The position numbers and the translations under genes were made by a program. Shown piece by piece: positions 1-12,379 of a DNA stretch of 64,000 nt; position 1 is the stretch's first letter; each line of letters begins with the position of its first letter. The stretch is taken from positions 21,991,033-22,055,032 of the forward strand of contig NC_090389.1 of NCBI RefSeq assembly GCF_036365525.1. Reading direction: 5' to 3'. The DNA is from Heterodontus francisci. Its lineage: Eukaryota. The notes below the pieces were generated by a model. That model was not told where the DNA came from, ran no database searches, and saw nothing but the letters and a program-made list of their open reading frames with translations.

Positions 1-3000
1 AGAGAGAGGGAGAGAGAGCGGGGACACGGGGAGAGAGAGCGGGGACACGGGGAGAGAGAGGGAGAGAGAGCGGGACACGGGGAGAGAGAGGGAGAGAGAG
101 CGGGGACACGGGGAGAGAGAGGGAGAGAGAGCGGGGACACGGGGAGAGAGAGGGAGAGAGAGCGGGGACACGGGGAGAGAGAGGGAGAGAGAGCGGGGAC
201 ACGGGAGGGAGAGGGAGAGAGAGCGGGGACACGGGGAGGGAGAGGGAGAGAGAGCGGGGACACGGGGAGGGAGAGGGAGAGAGAGCGGGGACACGGGGAG
301 GGAGAGGGAGAGAGAGCGGGGACACGGGAGGGAGAGGGAGAGAGAGCGGGGACACGGGGAGGGAGAGGGAGAGAGAGCGGGGACACGGGGAGGGAGAGGG
401 AGAGAGAGCGGGGACACGGGGAGGGAGAGGAGAGAGAGCGGGGACACGGGGAGGGAGAGGGAGAGAGAGCGGGGACACGGGGAGGGAGAGGGAGAGAGAG
501 CGGGGACACGGGAGGGAGAGGGAGAGAGAGCGGGGACACGGGGAGGGAGAGGGAGAGAGAGCGGGGACACGGGGAGGGAGAGGGAGAGAGAGCGGGGACA
601 CGGGGAGGGAGAGGGAGAGAGAGCGGGGACACGGGGAGGGAGAGGGAGAGAGAGCGGGGACACGGGGAGGGAGAGGGAGAGAGAGCGGGGACACGGGGAG
701 GGAGAGGGAGAGAGAGCGGGGACACGGGGAGGGAGAGGGAGAGAGAGCGGGGACACGGGGAGGGAGAGGGAGAGAGAGCGGGGACACGGGGAGGGAGAGG
801 GAGAGAGAGCGGGGACACGGGGAGGGAGAGGGAGAGAGAGCGGGGACACGGTGAGGGAGAGGGAGAGAGAGCGGGGACACGGGGAGGGAGAGGGAGAGAG
901 AGCGGGGACACGGGGAGGGAGAGGGAGAGAGAGCGGGGACACGGGGAGGGGGAGGGAGAGGGAGAGAGAGCGGGGACACGGGAGGGGGAGGGAGAGGGAG
1001 AGAGAGCGGGGACACGGGGAGGGGGAGGAGAGGGAGAGAGAGCGGGGACACGGGGAGGGAGAGGGAGACAGAGCGGGGACACGGGGAGGGAGAGGGAGAG
1101 AGAGCGGGGACACGGGGAGGGAGAGGGAGAGAGAGCGGGACGCGGGGAGGGAGAGGGAGAGAGAGCGGGGACGCGGGGAGGGAGAGGGAGAGAGAGCGGG
1201 GACGCGGGGAGGGAGAGGGAGAGAGAGCGGGGACGCGGGGAGGGAGAGGGAGAGAGAGCGGGGACGCGGGGAGGGAGAGGGAGAGAGAGCGGGGACGCGG
1301 GGAGGGAGAGGGAGAGAGAGCGGGGACGCGGGGAGGGAGAGGGAGAGAGAGCGGGGACGCGGGGAGGGAGAGGGAGAGAGAGCGGGGACGCGGGGAGGGA
1401 GAGGGAGAGAGAGCGGGGACGCGGGGAGGGAGAGGGAGGGAGAGCGGGGACGCGGGGAGGGAGAGGGAGGGAGAGCGGGGACGCGGGGAGGGAGAGGGAG
1501 GGAGAGCGGGGACGCGGGGAGGGAGAGGGAGGGAGAGCGGGGACGCGGGGAGGGAGAGGGAGGGAGAGCGGGGACGCGGGGAGGGAGAGGGAGGGAGAGC
1601 GGGGACGCGGGGAGGGAGAGGGAGGGAGAGCGGGGACGCGGGGAGGGAGAGGGAGGGAGAGCGGGGACGCGGGGAGGGAGAGGGAGGGAGAGCGGGGACG
1701 CGGGGAGGGAGAGGGAGGGAGAGCGGGGACGCGGGGAGGGAGAGGGAGGGAGAGCGGGGACGCGGGGAGGGAGAGGGAGGGAGAGCGGGGACGCGTGGAG
1801 GGAGAGGGAGGGAGAGCGGGGACGCGTGGAGGGAGAGGGAGGGAGAGCGGGGACGCGGGGAGGGAGAGGGAGGGAGAGCGGGGACGCGGGGAGGGAGAGG
1901 GAGGGAGAGCGGGGACGCGGGGAGGGAGAGCGGGACGCGGGGAGGGAGAGCGGGGACGCGGGGAGGGAGAGCGGGGACGCGGGGACGCGGGGAGGGAGAG
2001 CGGGGACGCGGGGACGCGGGGAGGGAGAGCGGGGACGCGGGGACGCGGGGAGGGAGAGCGGGGACGCGGGGACGCGGGGAGGGAGAGCGGGGACGCGGGG
2101 ACGCGGGGAGGGAGAGCGGGGACGCGGGGACGCGGGGAGGGAGAGCGGGGACGCGGGGACGCGGGGAGGGAGAGCGGGGACGCGGGGACGCGGGGAGGGA
2201 GAGCGGGGACGCGGGGACGCGGGGAGGGAGAGCGGGGACGCGGGGACGCGGGGAGGGAGAGCGGGGACGCGGGGAGGGAGAGCGGGGACGCGGGGACGCG
2301 GGGAGGGAGAGCGGGGACGCGGGGACGCGGGGAGGGAGAGCGGGGACGCGGGGACGCGGGGAGGGAGAGCGGGGACGCGGGGACGCGGGGAGGGAGAGCG
2401 GGGACGCGGGGACGCGGGGAGGGAGAGCGGGGACGCGGGGACGCGGGGAGGGAGAGCGGGGACGCGGGGACGCGGGGAGGGAGAGCGGGGACGCGGGGAC
2501 GCGGGGAGGGAGAGCGGGGACGCGGGGACGCGGGGAGGGAGAGCGGGGACGCGGGGACGCGGGGAGGGAGAGCGGGGACGCGGGGACGCGGGGAGGGAGA
2601 GCGGGGACGCGGGGACGCGGGGAGGGAGAGCGGGGACGCGGGGACGCGGGGAGGGAGAGCGGGGACGCGGGGAGGGAGAGCGGGGACGCGGGGACGCGGG
2701 GAGGGAGAGCGGGGACGCGGGGACGCGGGGAGGGAGAGCGGGGACGCGGGGACGCGGGGAGGGAGAGCGGGGACGCGGGGACGCGGGGAGGGAGAGCGGG
2801 GACGCGGGGACGCGGGGAGGGAGAGCGGGGACGCGGGGACGCGGGGAGGGAGAGCGGGGACGCGGGGACGCGGGGAGGGAGAGCGGGGACGCGGGGACGC
2901 GGGGAGGGAGAGCGGGGACGCGGGGACGCGGGGAGGGAGAGCGGGGACGCGGGGACGCGGGGAGGGAGAGCGGGGACGCGGGGACGCGGGGAGGGAGAGC

Positions 3001-4066
3001 GGGGACGCGGGGACGCGGGGAGGGAGAGCGGGGGGGGACACGGGGAGGGAGAGCGGGCGGGGACACGGGGAGGGAGAGCGGGCGGGGACACGGGGAGGGA
3101 GAGCGGGCGGGGACACGGGGAGGGAGAGCGGGCGGGGACACGGAGAGGGAGAGCGGGCGGGGACACGGAGAGGGGGAGCGAGCGGGGACACGGAGAGGGG
3201 GAGCGAGCGGGGACACGGAGAGGGGGAGCGAGCGGGGACACGGAGAGGGAGAGCGAGCGGGGACACGGAGAGGGAGAGCGAGCGGGGACACGGAGAGGGA
3301 GAGAGAGCGGGGACACGGAGAGGGAGAGAGAGCGGGGACACGGAGAGGGAGAGAGAGCGGGGACACGGAGAGGGAGAGAGAGCGGGGACACGGAGAGGGA
3401 GAGAGAGCGGGGACACGGAGAGGGAGAGAGAGCGGGGACACGGAGAGGGAGAGAGAGCGGGGACACGGAGAGGGAGAGAGAGCGGGGACACGGAGAGGGA
3501 GAGAGAGCGGGGACACGGAGAGGGAGAGAGAGCGGGGACACGGAGAGGGAGAGAGAGCGGGGACACGGAGAGGGAGAGAGAGCGGGGACACGGAGAGGGA
3601 GAGAGAGCGGGGACACGGAGAGGGAGAGAGAGCGGGGACACGGAGAGGGAGAGAGAGCGGGGACACGGAGAGGGAGAGAGAGCGGGGACACGGAGAGGGA
3701 GAGAGAGCGGGGACACGGAGAGGGAGAGAGAGCGGGGACACGGAGAGGGAGAGAGAGCGGGGACACGGAGAGGGAGAGAGAGCGGGGACACGGAGAGGGA
3801 GAGAGAGCGGGGACACGGAGAGGGAGAGAGAGCGGGGACACGGAGAGGGAGAGAGAGCGGGGACACGGAGAGGGAGAGAGAGCGGGGACACGGAGAGGGA
3901 GAGAGAGCGGGGACACGGAGAGGGAGAGAGAGCGGGGACACGGAGAGGGAGAGAGAGCGGGGACACGGAGAGGGAGAGAGAGCGGGGACACGGAGAGGGA
4001 GAGAGAGCGGGGACACGGAGAGGGAGAGAGAGCGGGGACACGGAGAGGGAGAGAGAGCGGGGACAC
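1..4066. repeat. G/A-rich tandem satellite (31-, 29- and 25-bp unit blocks)
   Basis: Units such as GCGGGGACACGGGGAGGGAGAGGGAGAGAGA (31), GCGGGGACGCGGGGACGCGGGGAGGGAGA (29) and GCGGGGACACGGAGAGGGAGAGAGA (25). The array runs off the window start. Confidence 0.97.
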
Positions 4067-4986
4067 AGTTCAGATTTCTCCGGATGTTTCAATGTCCGGA
4101 AATGATTTTTAGTTTCTACAAGTATAGACTCCCAAGTTAACACAAAATATGGAAATTCCGTAATACTTTTATCAGCAGTTTTTCGTTATGTTGGGGTTTG
4201 TTGTACTGTTTCAATTATATTGTGTTAATAAACACATTTTGTACTAATACATCATTATTCCATCCCCACGTCATTGTAGTGCCTGCTGCTACTGTCCACT
4301 GCTTTAGGATGTATGCTCATTACATTCTTTGCAAAGATCCAGATGAATTTTTTTTTTTTAACATTCTACGAGTTTTGATTTGCTGTGTGCAACACCATGG
4401 CAAACAGACCGGCTCATATGAATTAAACAGGCAACAGCATAATTCAAAGCAAGCTAATCCAGGCATTATATATAAAATCCATTCTTATCTATTTCTCAAA
4501 TGGGAAGAGGAACACCGGCATCTGAAATTCTTCACCTCATGATCATATTTGGAAATTGTGAATTTCTTAATCATACATACAGAGTAAACATTGTTTGGAA
4601 TTTGCATTTAACTTTGCCCATAACTTATCTACCCAGTGGGTCAGCAAGAAAAATTATACCACCATCAGATTGACCTATCACACTCCTTCCACATTAAATT
4701 TTCCATATAGTACATTCTGCAAAAATCAAGAAAACTGGAGAGATAAAGAAAGTTATCAGCTCGGATTCCTGCTACTGATTGCTATCCAGTGACCTCTACT
4801 CAATGCATGGTTATAGACATCAGGTTATGGCATGAATAAACTGAGCTGTGATGCACTTTGGAATCCACTAGTCTGCAGACAAAAGCTTCTCGGCATATAA
4901 AAGAAGGCCAATCAGTGCAGTCTATCAAAGTTAAGTGTCCCCATTGAGCCAAACCCTGACACAAAGTCAGTGCCTTTTACTAGTAT

Positions 4987-5430
4987 CAGTTTAGCTCAGT
5001 TGGTAGCACCTTTGCCTCTGAATCAGCAGGTTTTGAGAATATAACCCAAAATGACAATTTCGTGTATACTGAGGGAATGTTGCATCATCAAAAGTGCATT
5101 ATCTGAGGCACTTTACTCAGATGGAACCTTAAAACCAAAGCCCCAGCAGCTTGTTCAGGTTGTTACAAGATACCAGGGCAATGTATCCTTCTGTATATAC
5201 CTTGTGAGAAAACAGCACAGTGTTTTTTTACAAAATATATGCATTTATTCTCTTTACTTAACAAAAAGAAATGCCATAACACTTTTTGAAGAATATGAAG
5301 TTCTCCTGGTGCTTTGGTCAACAAACCACTGAAACAGATTAATTACTCATTCTTCTCATTGTTGCTTTTGGGATCTTATGTGTGCAACTTTTTAACTGTA
5401 ATCACCTGCAAGACAATATAAAAGTAGTTT
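4987..5430 (+). mobile_element. Degenerate tRNA-derived SINE (DeuSINE-like)
   Basis: tRNA-like head TAGCTCAGTTGGTAGCAC...CTCTGAATCAG followed by GTATACTGAGGGAATGTTGC. Related copies at ~33910-34215 (-) and ~49040-49410 (+). Confidence 0.45.
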
Positions 5431-5929
5431 GAGTGAAGGGCATTGAGATGATAGGTGTAATACGTAGGCACGTCTTTTTTTTCCAGGAGACTGGAGAAAA
5501 CTGGCAGGCAAAATGGACTGCAATTTTCCAGTTTTTGAACAATGTTAAGTGTTAATAATCACATTTTCCATTTCTCATCTATTCCAGCAAAATGGAGACA
5601 CCTATTCAAGGGCTAATCCATAATTGATTATTCACCAAAGCAGGCTGCTTCCTAGTGTTGCCACAAGGATTTATTAACATGCTGACACCAATGTAAATGA
5701 AAAATGACACAATCCAACAGATCAAATTGCTCTCACCACTATCAGTGAAGAACATGCAACCACCAAAATACTTCAGCCTTATGTCATACAGCTCACAGTG
5801 CTCTCTTAACACAACTCAATTCTGGAATAAGAAAATTGTACTGCTGGCAAGTGAAAATTTCACACACTGTACCATTGTGCACAATCAAATCCCAGAGAAA
5901 GGAAGTGCCCAGACTTCATTTTTGCATGG

Positions 5930-6062
5930 CTCTCTAATGCGAGGTCATCAACCCGAAACATTAAGACTGATTCCCTCACCACAAATGCTGCCTGACTGGC
6001 AGAGTGTCACGAGCATTTTCTGTTTTTATTTTAGACTTCCAGCATCAACAGTATTTTGCTTT
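5930..6062 (+). mobile_element. Penelope-like terminal fragment
   Basis: Reverse complement of the AAAGCAAAATACTGCAGATGCTGGAAATCTGAAAT family seen at 9549, 29135, 34365, 49555 and 51395. Confidence 0.55.
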
Positions 6063-6690
6063 AGTCCAATGACAAGATTTTATTCACATAAATAACAGAA
6101 ATATAATCTTGTATTTAAGGTAATTGATTCAAAAATATCAACGACTCTGCATCTTTGGAGATTGCTGCACTAACAAAGGGTCTGACACTGGTGCTGCAGG
6201 TGAACTGTTACCACTGGCCAGAGTGTCCTGGGCAGAAAAAGGAAGAAATAAATCATGCCTTCTGTACCAGCTATTCACCAATCACTGCTGGAGAATACAT
6301 GCGAGGGCCAATCAAATATTTTTCAGACGGTCCTGAATTATTTTGAGAATCATTTCACAATCGAAATGAAATGATCACAATATTCCAACTGTTGTATAAG
6401 TACACTGGGGCCCCGCAATAACGCGGTCTGCTATAGCGCGGAACTCTGTGTAACATGGGTCCATCTTGGACCACAAAATTTTTATTTAAAGTTAGCTTTT
6501 CAGAACATATTTAAGCTTTTTTCACGATATGTCAAACGTTGTTGAAGTATAAATGCTCCACAAATGACAACCTTCTGCCAGATCATCCTTATCGGCACCC
6601 AACAAGGAACTCAATAAAATGAAACTTTATCAAACTTTTCAATTTCAGGTCACACTTTATAAGGAAATATGATGTCACACACATCAGAAA

Positions 6691-7499
6691 TGTGATGATA
6701 CAAAATTCACGGATTAACTCTGAAGAGTTGCGAAAAAACGGACTTTGCCTTTAAAAAAAAGAACCTTTATTTTAACAAGTGAACAACGGTCAAAAATGGC
6801 CACCGAAGTAAAAGGGGATTATCCTTTTGTGTATTCAAACAGTCTGACAAAGACAAAGAACAAATCTTCAAAGCCAAAAGGTGTTAATGAAACCCATCTT
6901 ATGCCCAACCTAAAAACTTTCCATGCAATCTGCATGGGGAAAAACCAGAGTGTCTCCTAACAGGAGGTGAGAAGTGACACAGTTTTACCTTAAAAAAAAA
7001 GACAGCCACAGAGAGACTGATCCAGAAAGCGAAGCTACTTGTAACAGCTGGCATTCCAGCAAGCACATGCTCTGCTGAAATAAATCCAACATCTACATTA
7101 CACAGCAGAGAGAGCGAGAAGTGACCCACCATCTTCAACAGAACCTTCAATCAAGAGAGAAATTTACAATCATTTCAGGCCTGCAACCATCTTGAACTTG
7201 AGTCTCAAGAGAATTCAAAAGGTTCTCGCCCACTAAAAGACACTTGCTTCTTTCCCATCTCTAACTGTTTCTTCTTGTGTGCACGCTCCAGCAAAAGCAT
7301 GAGTGGACGCAGCTGCAACAATTTCAGTATAAGGCGTATTGATCAATAAACAATTTGTTTACAACAAAACCCTGTCGCTGTTTGGTTATTTGAAAAATAA
7401 AACACGAAGGGGCTAAACTCTTAATACAAATACACTTGCTGTAATCAGGTGGGGAGTTGAACAGTGGGGAGTTGAACAGTGGGAACCACCCACGTCACA
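6691..7499 (+). mobile_element. Probable solo LTR inside the Tigger remnant
   Basis: TGTGATG...CGTCACA inverted termini and AATAAA near the 3' end. No clear TSD. Confidence 0.5.
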
Positions 7500-8012
7500 A
7501 CCCAAGACCGCATCAATGAATTCAAATAAATAAATTAGTATTCACAAAACTGCCTTCTTTATTAACTGCTAGATTATCGGTTATGCTTTCATTGTTATTT
7601 GAATAATTTAATAATAAAACACATGGTTAGACTTAAGACCAGCCAATGAGATGGCTTAGCCCATGAAATGTTCCCATTGTAATTGAATGCTGTTTTTCTC
7701 TGTATAAACACAGGTCAAATTTGGGATAGGGCCATCGGCACTTGCACTGATGCCCATACAACAATCAATGTAAAATCGTCTACGGAATCACGAAAGCGGA
7801 AATCTTATACCATCGCCGAGATACTGGAAATCATTGACTAGATCAAGGAAGGCACTTCGCAAGCATCCATTTTGAAAAGAATGGGGATCGCTGAATCAAC
7901 GCTTCATGGCCGGCTTAAAGATGAAGAGAAGTTGAGAAAAATGTCAATAGTGATGGATGCAGATGGCCAAGCAAGGAAGAAAGCCCTAAATGCCAACAAC
8001 ACACCTCTCGAT

Positions 8013-8190
8013 AGAGCATGACTACCCGACCTGAACCCGATGGGACCCGACGACATGCATCGGGTTCGGGTTGGGTCGCTCTTCCGGGTCCGGCATTTGG
8101 GCCAGGTCGGACACGGTGACAGCCAAGGACGTCAAGGCGAGAAGCACTCCGCACTAGTCTGCAGTGAGCGATTCCATCCAAGGTAGAGCA
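8013..8190. mobile_element. hAT-like non-autonomous fragment
   Basis: TAGAG start and CCCGAC/GTCGGG-type subterminal repeats forming a local palindrome. Confidence 0.35.
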
Positions 8191-9054
8191 CAACCTCTAA
8201 CATAGAGAGATACAGCACTGAAACAAGCCCTTCGGCCCACCGAGTCTAAATCCCATCAACCTCTCCCTTTGACCTTGCTTAAATCTTAGGTCTTTGGTCC
8301 CTCCTAATAGGTCTTTCTTGCGTCATGTCCAATTTTTTCTTTCACCTTTCTATTTCTCTCTGTTAAAGTTGCTATATAAACGCAAGTTGACGTAGCGCAC
8401 ATACACTTGCTGGGACTAAGCAAACAATAAACGACTTCGTCTGTCTACAGCAGAGACCATCTGCTGAGTTAAAACCCACAACACACATACCGCGGCGCAA
8501 CTCCTTGAATTAAACTCTGATGCCACTGGACGTGGATTGACATAACTGTTGGTACAGTATGACTATATCATGGCAACAGCAGCAGCAAATAAGTCTGCAA
8601 CCAGAAGGTAACATGAAAAAATGTTGGAAAATTTTATTAAGCATCCTTGAATGCCTCAATGGGATCAATAGGGACCACCAGACAGAAGGCAGAAAATCCT
8701 GCCTAAAATTTGACTCAAATGTAGAATCTTTCAAGAGCACGCTGCCATTGTTTTACAGTGGTTCCAAATGCCAAGGTCAGCAGGGCAAGTGCTGGCAATA
8801 GCGAACCCTCTTTGTCTTTCACCTAATTCTTACGCAGCCTGTACAACGTAGTTCCAGTCATGTTTTGAGGATTTCTTTTCCATCAGTGAACTTGCACTGC
8901 AACTGAATAGCAACTGGAATCATGAGGCAAATACATTACATTTGAAAATATTTCCACATGGCACTTGTTCATTGGCAAGTCAATCATGTTTTGAAACAGG
9001 GGAAAACAAAAGATTGAAAAATTCCGGAGGGAGCTGATTATTTATTGCTCCACT

Positions 9055-9296
9055 AATGGCAACGGTGTCTTCGGCTGCCTGAAGCCTAAGCTGTGGAATT
9101 TCCTCATTAAACCGCTGCATCTCTACCGCTCGTTCCTCCTTTAAGATGCTCCTTAAAGCCTTCTTCTTTGACCAAGCTTTTGGTCAGCTACCCTAATATC
9201 TCAAGTGGCTCAGTGTCATTGTTTGATAATGCTCCTGTGAAGCACCTTGGGACATTTTATGTTAAAGGTGTTACAGAAATGCAAGCTGTATTTGTT
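9055..9296 (+). mobile_element. L2 LINE 3' end
   Basis: CTGTGGAATTTCCTC...TTTGACCAAGCTTTTGGTCA...GTGAAGCACCTTGGGAC tail. The same family occurs at 34965-36065 (+) and 52350-55130 (-). Confidence 0.55.
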
Positions 9297-9548
9297 GTCA
9301 GCAAAAAAAATAGTACCCTAAGCTTACAGTCCGTAGCATGCTACTGGAAATACTATTTCATTCACCAAGATACATTTACTTAGAATTCCGCACAGCAATA
9401 TCTCAAAGGACTTCAAACACTACAAAATGTTTTGAAGTCCAATTTCTGTCAATTTTTGTGCATAGCAATGTCCCACAAATAGCAATGAGATGAAGGACCA
9501 GTTAACCAGTTTATTTTGGTGCTGTTGATTCAGGAAGAGAGGAAGGAA

Positions 9549-9822
9549 TAAAAGCAAAATACTGCAGATGCTGGAAATCTGAAATAAAAACAAGAAATGC
9601 TGGAACCACTCAGCAGGTCTGACAGCATCTGTGGAAAGAGAAGCAGAGTTTACGTTTCGGGTCAGTGACCCTTCTTCGGAACTGACAAATATTAAAAATG
9701 TCACAGGTTATAAGCAAGTGAGGTGGGGGTGGGGCAAGAGATAACAAAGGAGAAGGTGTAGATTGGACAAGGCCACATAGCTGACCAAAAGGTCATGGAG
9801 CAAAGGCAAACAATATGTTAAT
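9549..9822 (-). mobile_element. Penelope-like fragment with hammerhead-like core
   Basis: Family terminus. The minus strand reads CCGAAGAAGGGTCACTGACCCGAAACG. Confidence 0.6.
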
Positions 9823-10124
9823 GAAAGGAAAGAATGATAGCCAAGATGCCAAGAACCTTCTGTTCTTTAAATTTTAACTTGGGATGTTTAATGATCACCG
9901 GAATAGGCACATTAGACCTCAGTTTATCATCGCATCTGAAGGGCATGCAGAGTACTGTACTGGAGTTGTCAAACAAGATTACGTACTCAAGTCCTATAGT
10001 GAAGCTCAAACTCCCAACTTTCAGAATCAAGATTTGGGAGTGATACTGAGTCAGACTCACCGAAGCCTTCAATTCCAGACTGGAGACAGGTTGAGTATCA
10101 CTATCATTGAGTTTATCTGCTGGG

Positions 10125-10625
10125 ATTATAGGATCATAAAACACAAATGGAGGCCATTCAGCCCATCATGCCTATGTCAGCTCTTTGAAAGAGCTATCCA
10201 TTTAGTCCCCATTCCCCTGCTCTTTCTGCATAGCCCTGCAATGTTTTTCCTTTTCAAGAATATATCCATTTCTCTTCTGAAAAATACTGTTGACTCCACT
10301 TCCAACATCCTTTCAAGCAGTGCATTCCAGATCCTATCAACTTGCTGCATGAAAAAAATTCTCATCCTCCTTCTGGTTCTGTTACCAATTATCTTAAATC
10401 TGCATCCTCTAGTTACCGACCCTTATACCAATAGAAACAGTTTCTTCCTATTACTCTATCAAAACCTTTCAATTTTAAACACCTTAATTAAATCTCCCTA
10501 TAGCCTCTCTGCTCTAAGGTGAGCAATCCCCACTTCTCCTGCCTCTCCACATAAATTCCATCATCCCAGGTACCATTCTAATAAATTTCCATCCACACCT
10601 TCTCCAACGCCTTGACATATTTACT
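10125..10625 (-). mobile_element. CR1 LINE 3' fragment
   Basis: ORF 10177-10365 (FFMQQVDRIWNALLERMLEVES) matches the CR1 ORF2 C-terminus of the larger copies. Confidence 0.7.
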
Positions 10626-11089
10626 AAACCCCCTATATATCACTAAACTCATCTATTGGAATCAGACACCTTACATACAACTGAATCTATTTACTAGTAC
10701 ATGGCAGACTGTGAAGCTATAACCATTATCTTTCAAGTTACTGTTACACAGCAACAGTGCCAGCAATAAATTGGTCCAAGATCAGTGTCTGCTCAGCAGC
10801 AATGACATTAAACTTGGGATACGCACAGATTCTTTCTGAAGAGATATGACCCTTCGTCTACCAGGTTACTCTGCTGGGATTAACCACTTGATATACTATA
10901 GAGATTGTCTTTTAGGATTAAACACACCAATATCAGATTACAGTCTGGGGACATCATAATCACGCAGATTACTGTAACATGGCAATACAAATCAGTTTGA
11001 CATCAGTGCTTGTTCAATAGCACTGACAACAGTTATAGATCTGATATGCCATATTGAACTCCGCTGGGATTAAGCACTTGAACAGATTG

Positions 11090-11930
11090 ACAAGTCACCT
11101 GGAAGTGAATTATTTTCTAAAAAATGAGCTCCACAGAGGAACCCAGTGTAAACTAGTCAAAGTTACAGATGATGCTAAATTGATGGGAGAGGAGCTGACC
11201 CAAAGGAAGTATGCAGAAACCTACAAATGGAATGAGAAGTGTTAGGAGATTCACTGGGAAGAATACAAGAAACATGTCAGGAGGGTGAGTGGAAGGACAA
11301 GAGAAACTGGAAATGAGCATATCTGTAAATGCTAAATAAATGAGAAACATACAAGAATAGAAGTATGGCACAGAAGAACCACAAAACTATCTCCTGTGCC
11401 AAAAGACGAGGAAAGCAGACAAATGTGGGCTCTGCAGCATTAAGAGGTGACTAGGAGGGACCTTATAGAAATATACTTGATATTAGGAAGTATTAGCACT
11501 ATATCAAATCAAAGAGCGAGAACAAGGAGATTAACACTGGAGAGAGAACCATTTAAGAGGGAGTAAAAACAAAATGCTCGAAATACTCAGGTCAGGCAGC
11601 ATCTGTGAAGAGAAAAACAGAGCTAATATTTCAGGTTGATGTTTGAAGTGTCAGCCTATGTTGGTTGCTTAAGTCTCTGGAGCAGGGTTTGAACCCACCA
11701 TGTTCTAACTCAGAAACGAGAACTACCACTGAGTCAAATCTTACACTAGGATCAACACTTGGAATTGTCTTCAAGGAGGAATGGGGAATGGTCTTCAACT
11801 AATGAAGGTGAAAGCCATATATTTATTCAAGATACAATTAAATGATATGATGGGGCGTGGGCAGTATTTATTTGGATTGATGAACTAAAGTGAGCTGAAA
11901 AGACTCCCTTCGCTCATATTTATCTTGTTA
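11090..11930 (+). mobile_element. Old CR1 RT/3' fragment with Penelope and SINE inserts
   Basis: KLVKVTDDAKL (degenerate FADDTKL) and AGAGGTGAC...CTTATAGA 3' motifs. Confidence 0.5.
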
Positions 11931-12379
11931 CTTTCCAAAGTACACTTATATCATTGAACAATATACCCAGAGCATGTCTTCTGATATTAAACGCTCAATA
12001 CAACACTGCTCTTAATAATCTTTCTTTGACTACCTCAACCATATTCATCTTTCCTACAAGAATAGTCCCAGTACCTTAAATCCATCCTTCTACATTTTCT
12101 TCAACAACTTATTTTAATCGCAATTTGTACCATTTCCAATTAAGCTGCATCCTTTCTGTGGAGTGAGTTTCAAAATTGCACACTAAGTGGGCACTGCCCA
12201 ACGCTCTACATAATAATGGAACTACTTCCTTTGATCTACTCAACATTCATCTTTTTAGGAGCATTGGGAACAGACGTAGGCTATTCAGCCCCTCAAGCCT
12301 GCACCACTTAATTAGATTATGGCTGATCTATCCCTCAACTCTATTTACCTGCATTGATACCTTCAATTAACAAAACCCT

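Larger units (their letters stand above)
6403..8462 (+). mobile_element. pogo/Tigger DNA transposon remnant (interrupted)
   Basis: TA|CACTGGGGCCCCGCAATAACGCGG Tigger-like terminus. ~7790-7940 translates RKRKSYTIAEILEIID*IKEGTSQASILKRMGIAESTLHGRLKDEEKLRK, a CENP-B/psq-type HTH. The right end is uncertain. Confidence 0.65.

Noticed and set aside
851-4140. 1084-aa and 781-aa RG/RE-rich ORFs
   Set aside because: Translations of a T-poor satellite that cannot encode stop codons.
4370-4421. Hairpin followed by an H-box-like ATATGA
   Set aside because: No second hairpin or ACA box, and no known miRNA or snoRNA match.
6315-6386. Box C/D snoRNA-like pattern on the minus strand
   Set aside because: Box C is mismatched (GTGATCA), the terminal stem is just palindromic AATATT, and no guide target is recognised.
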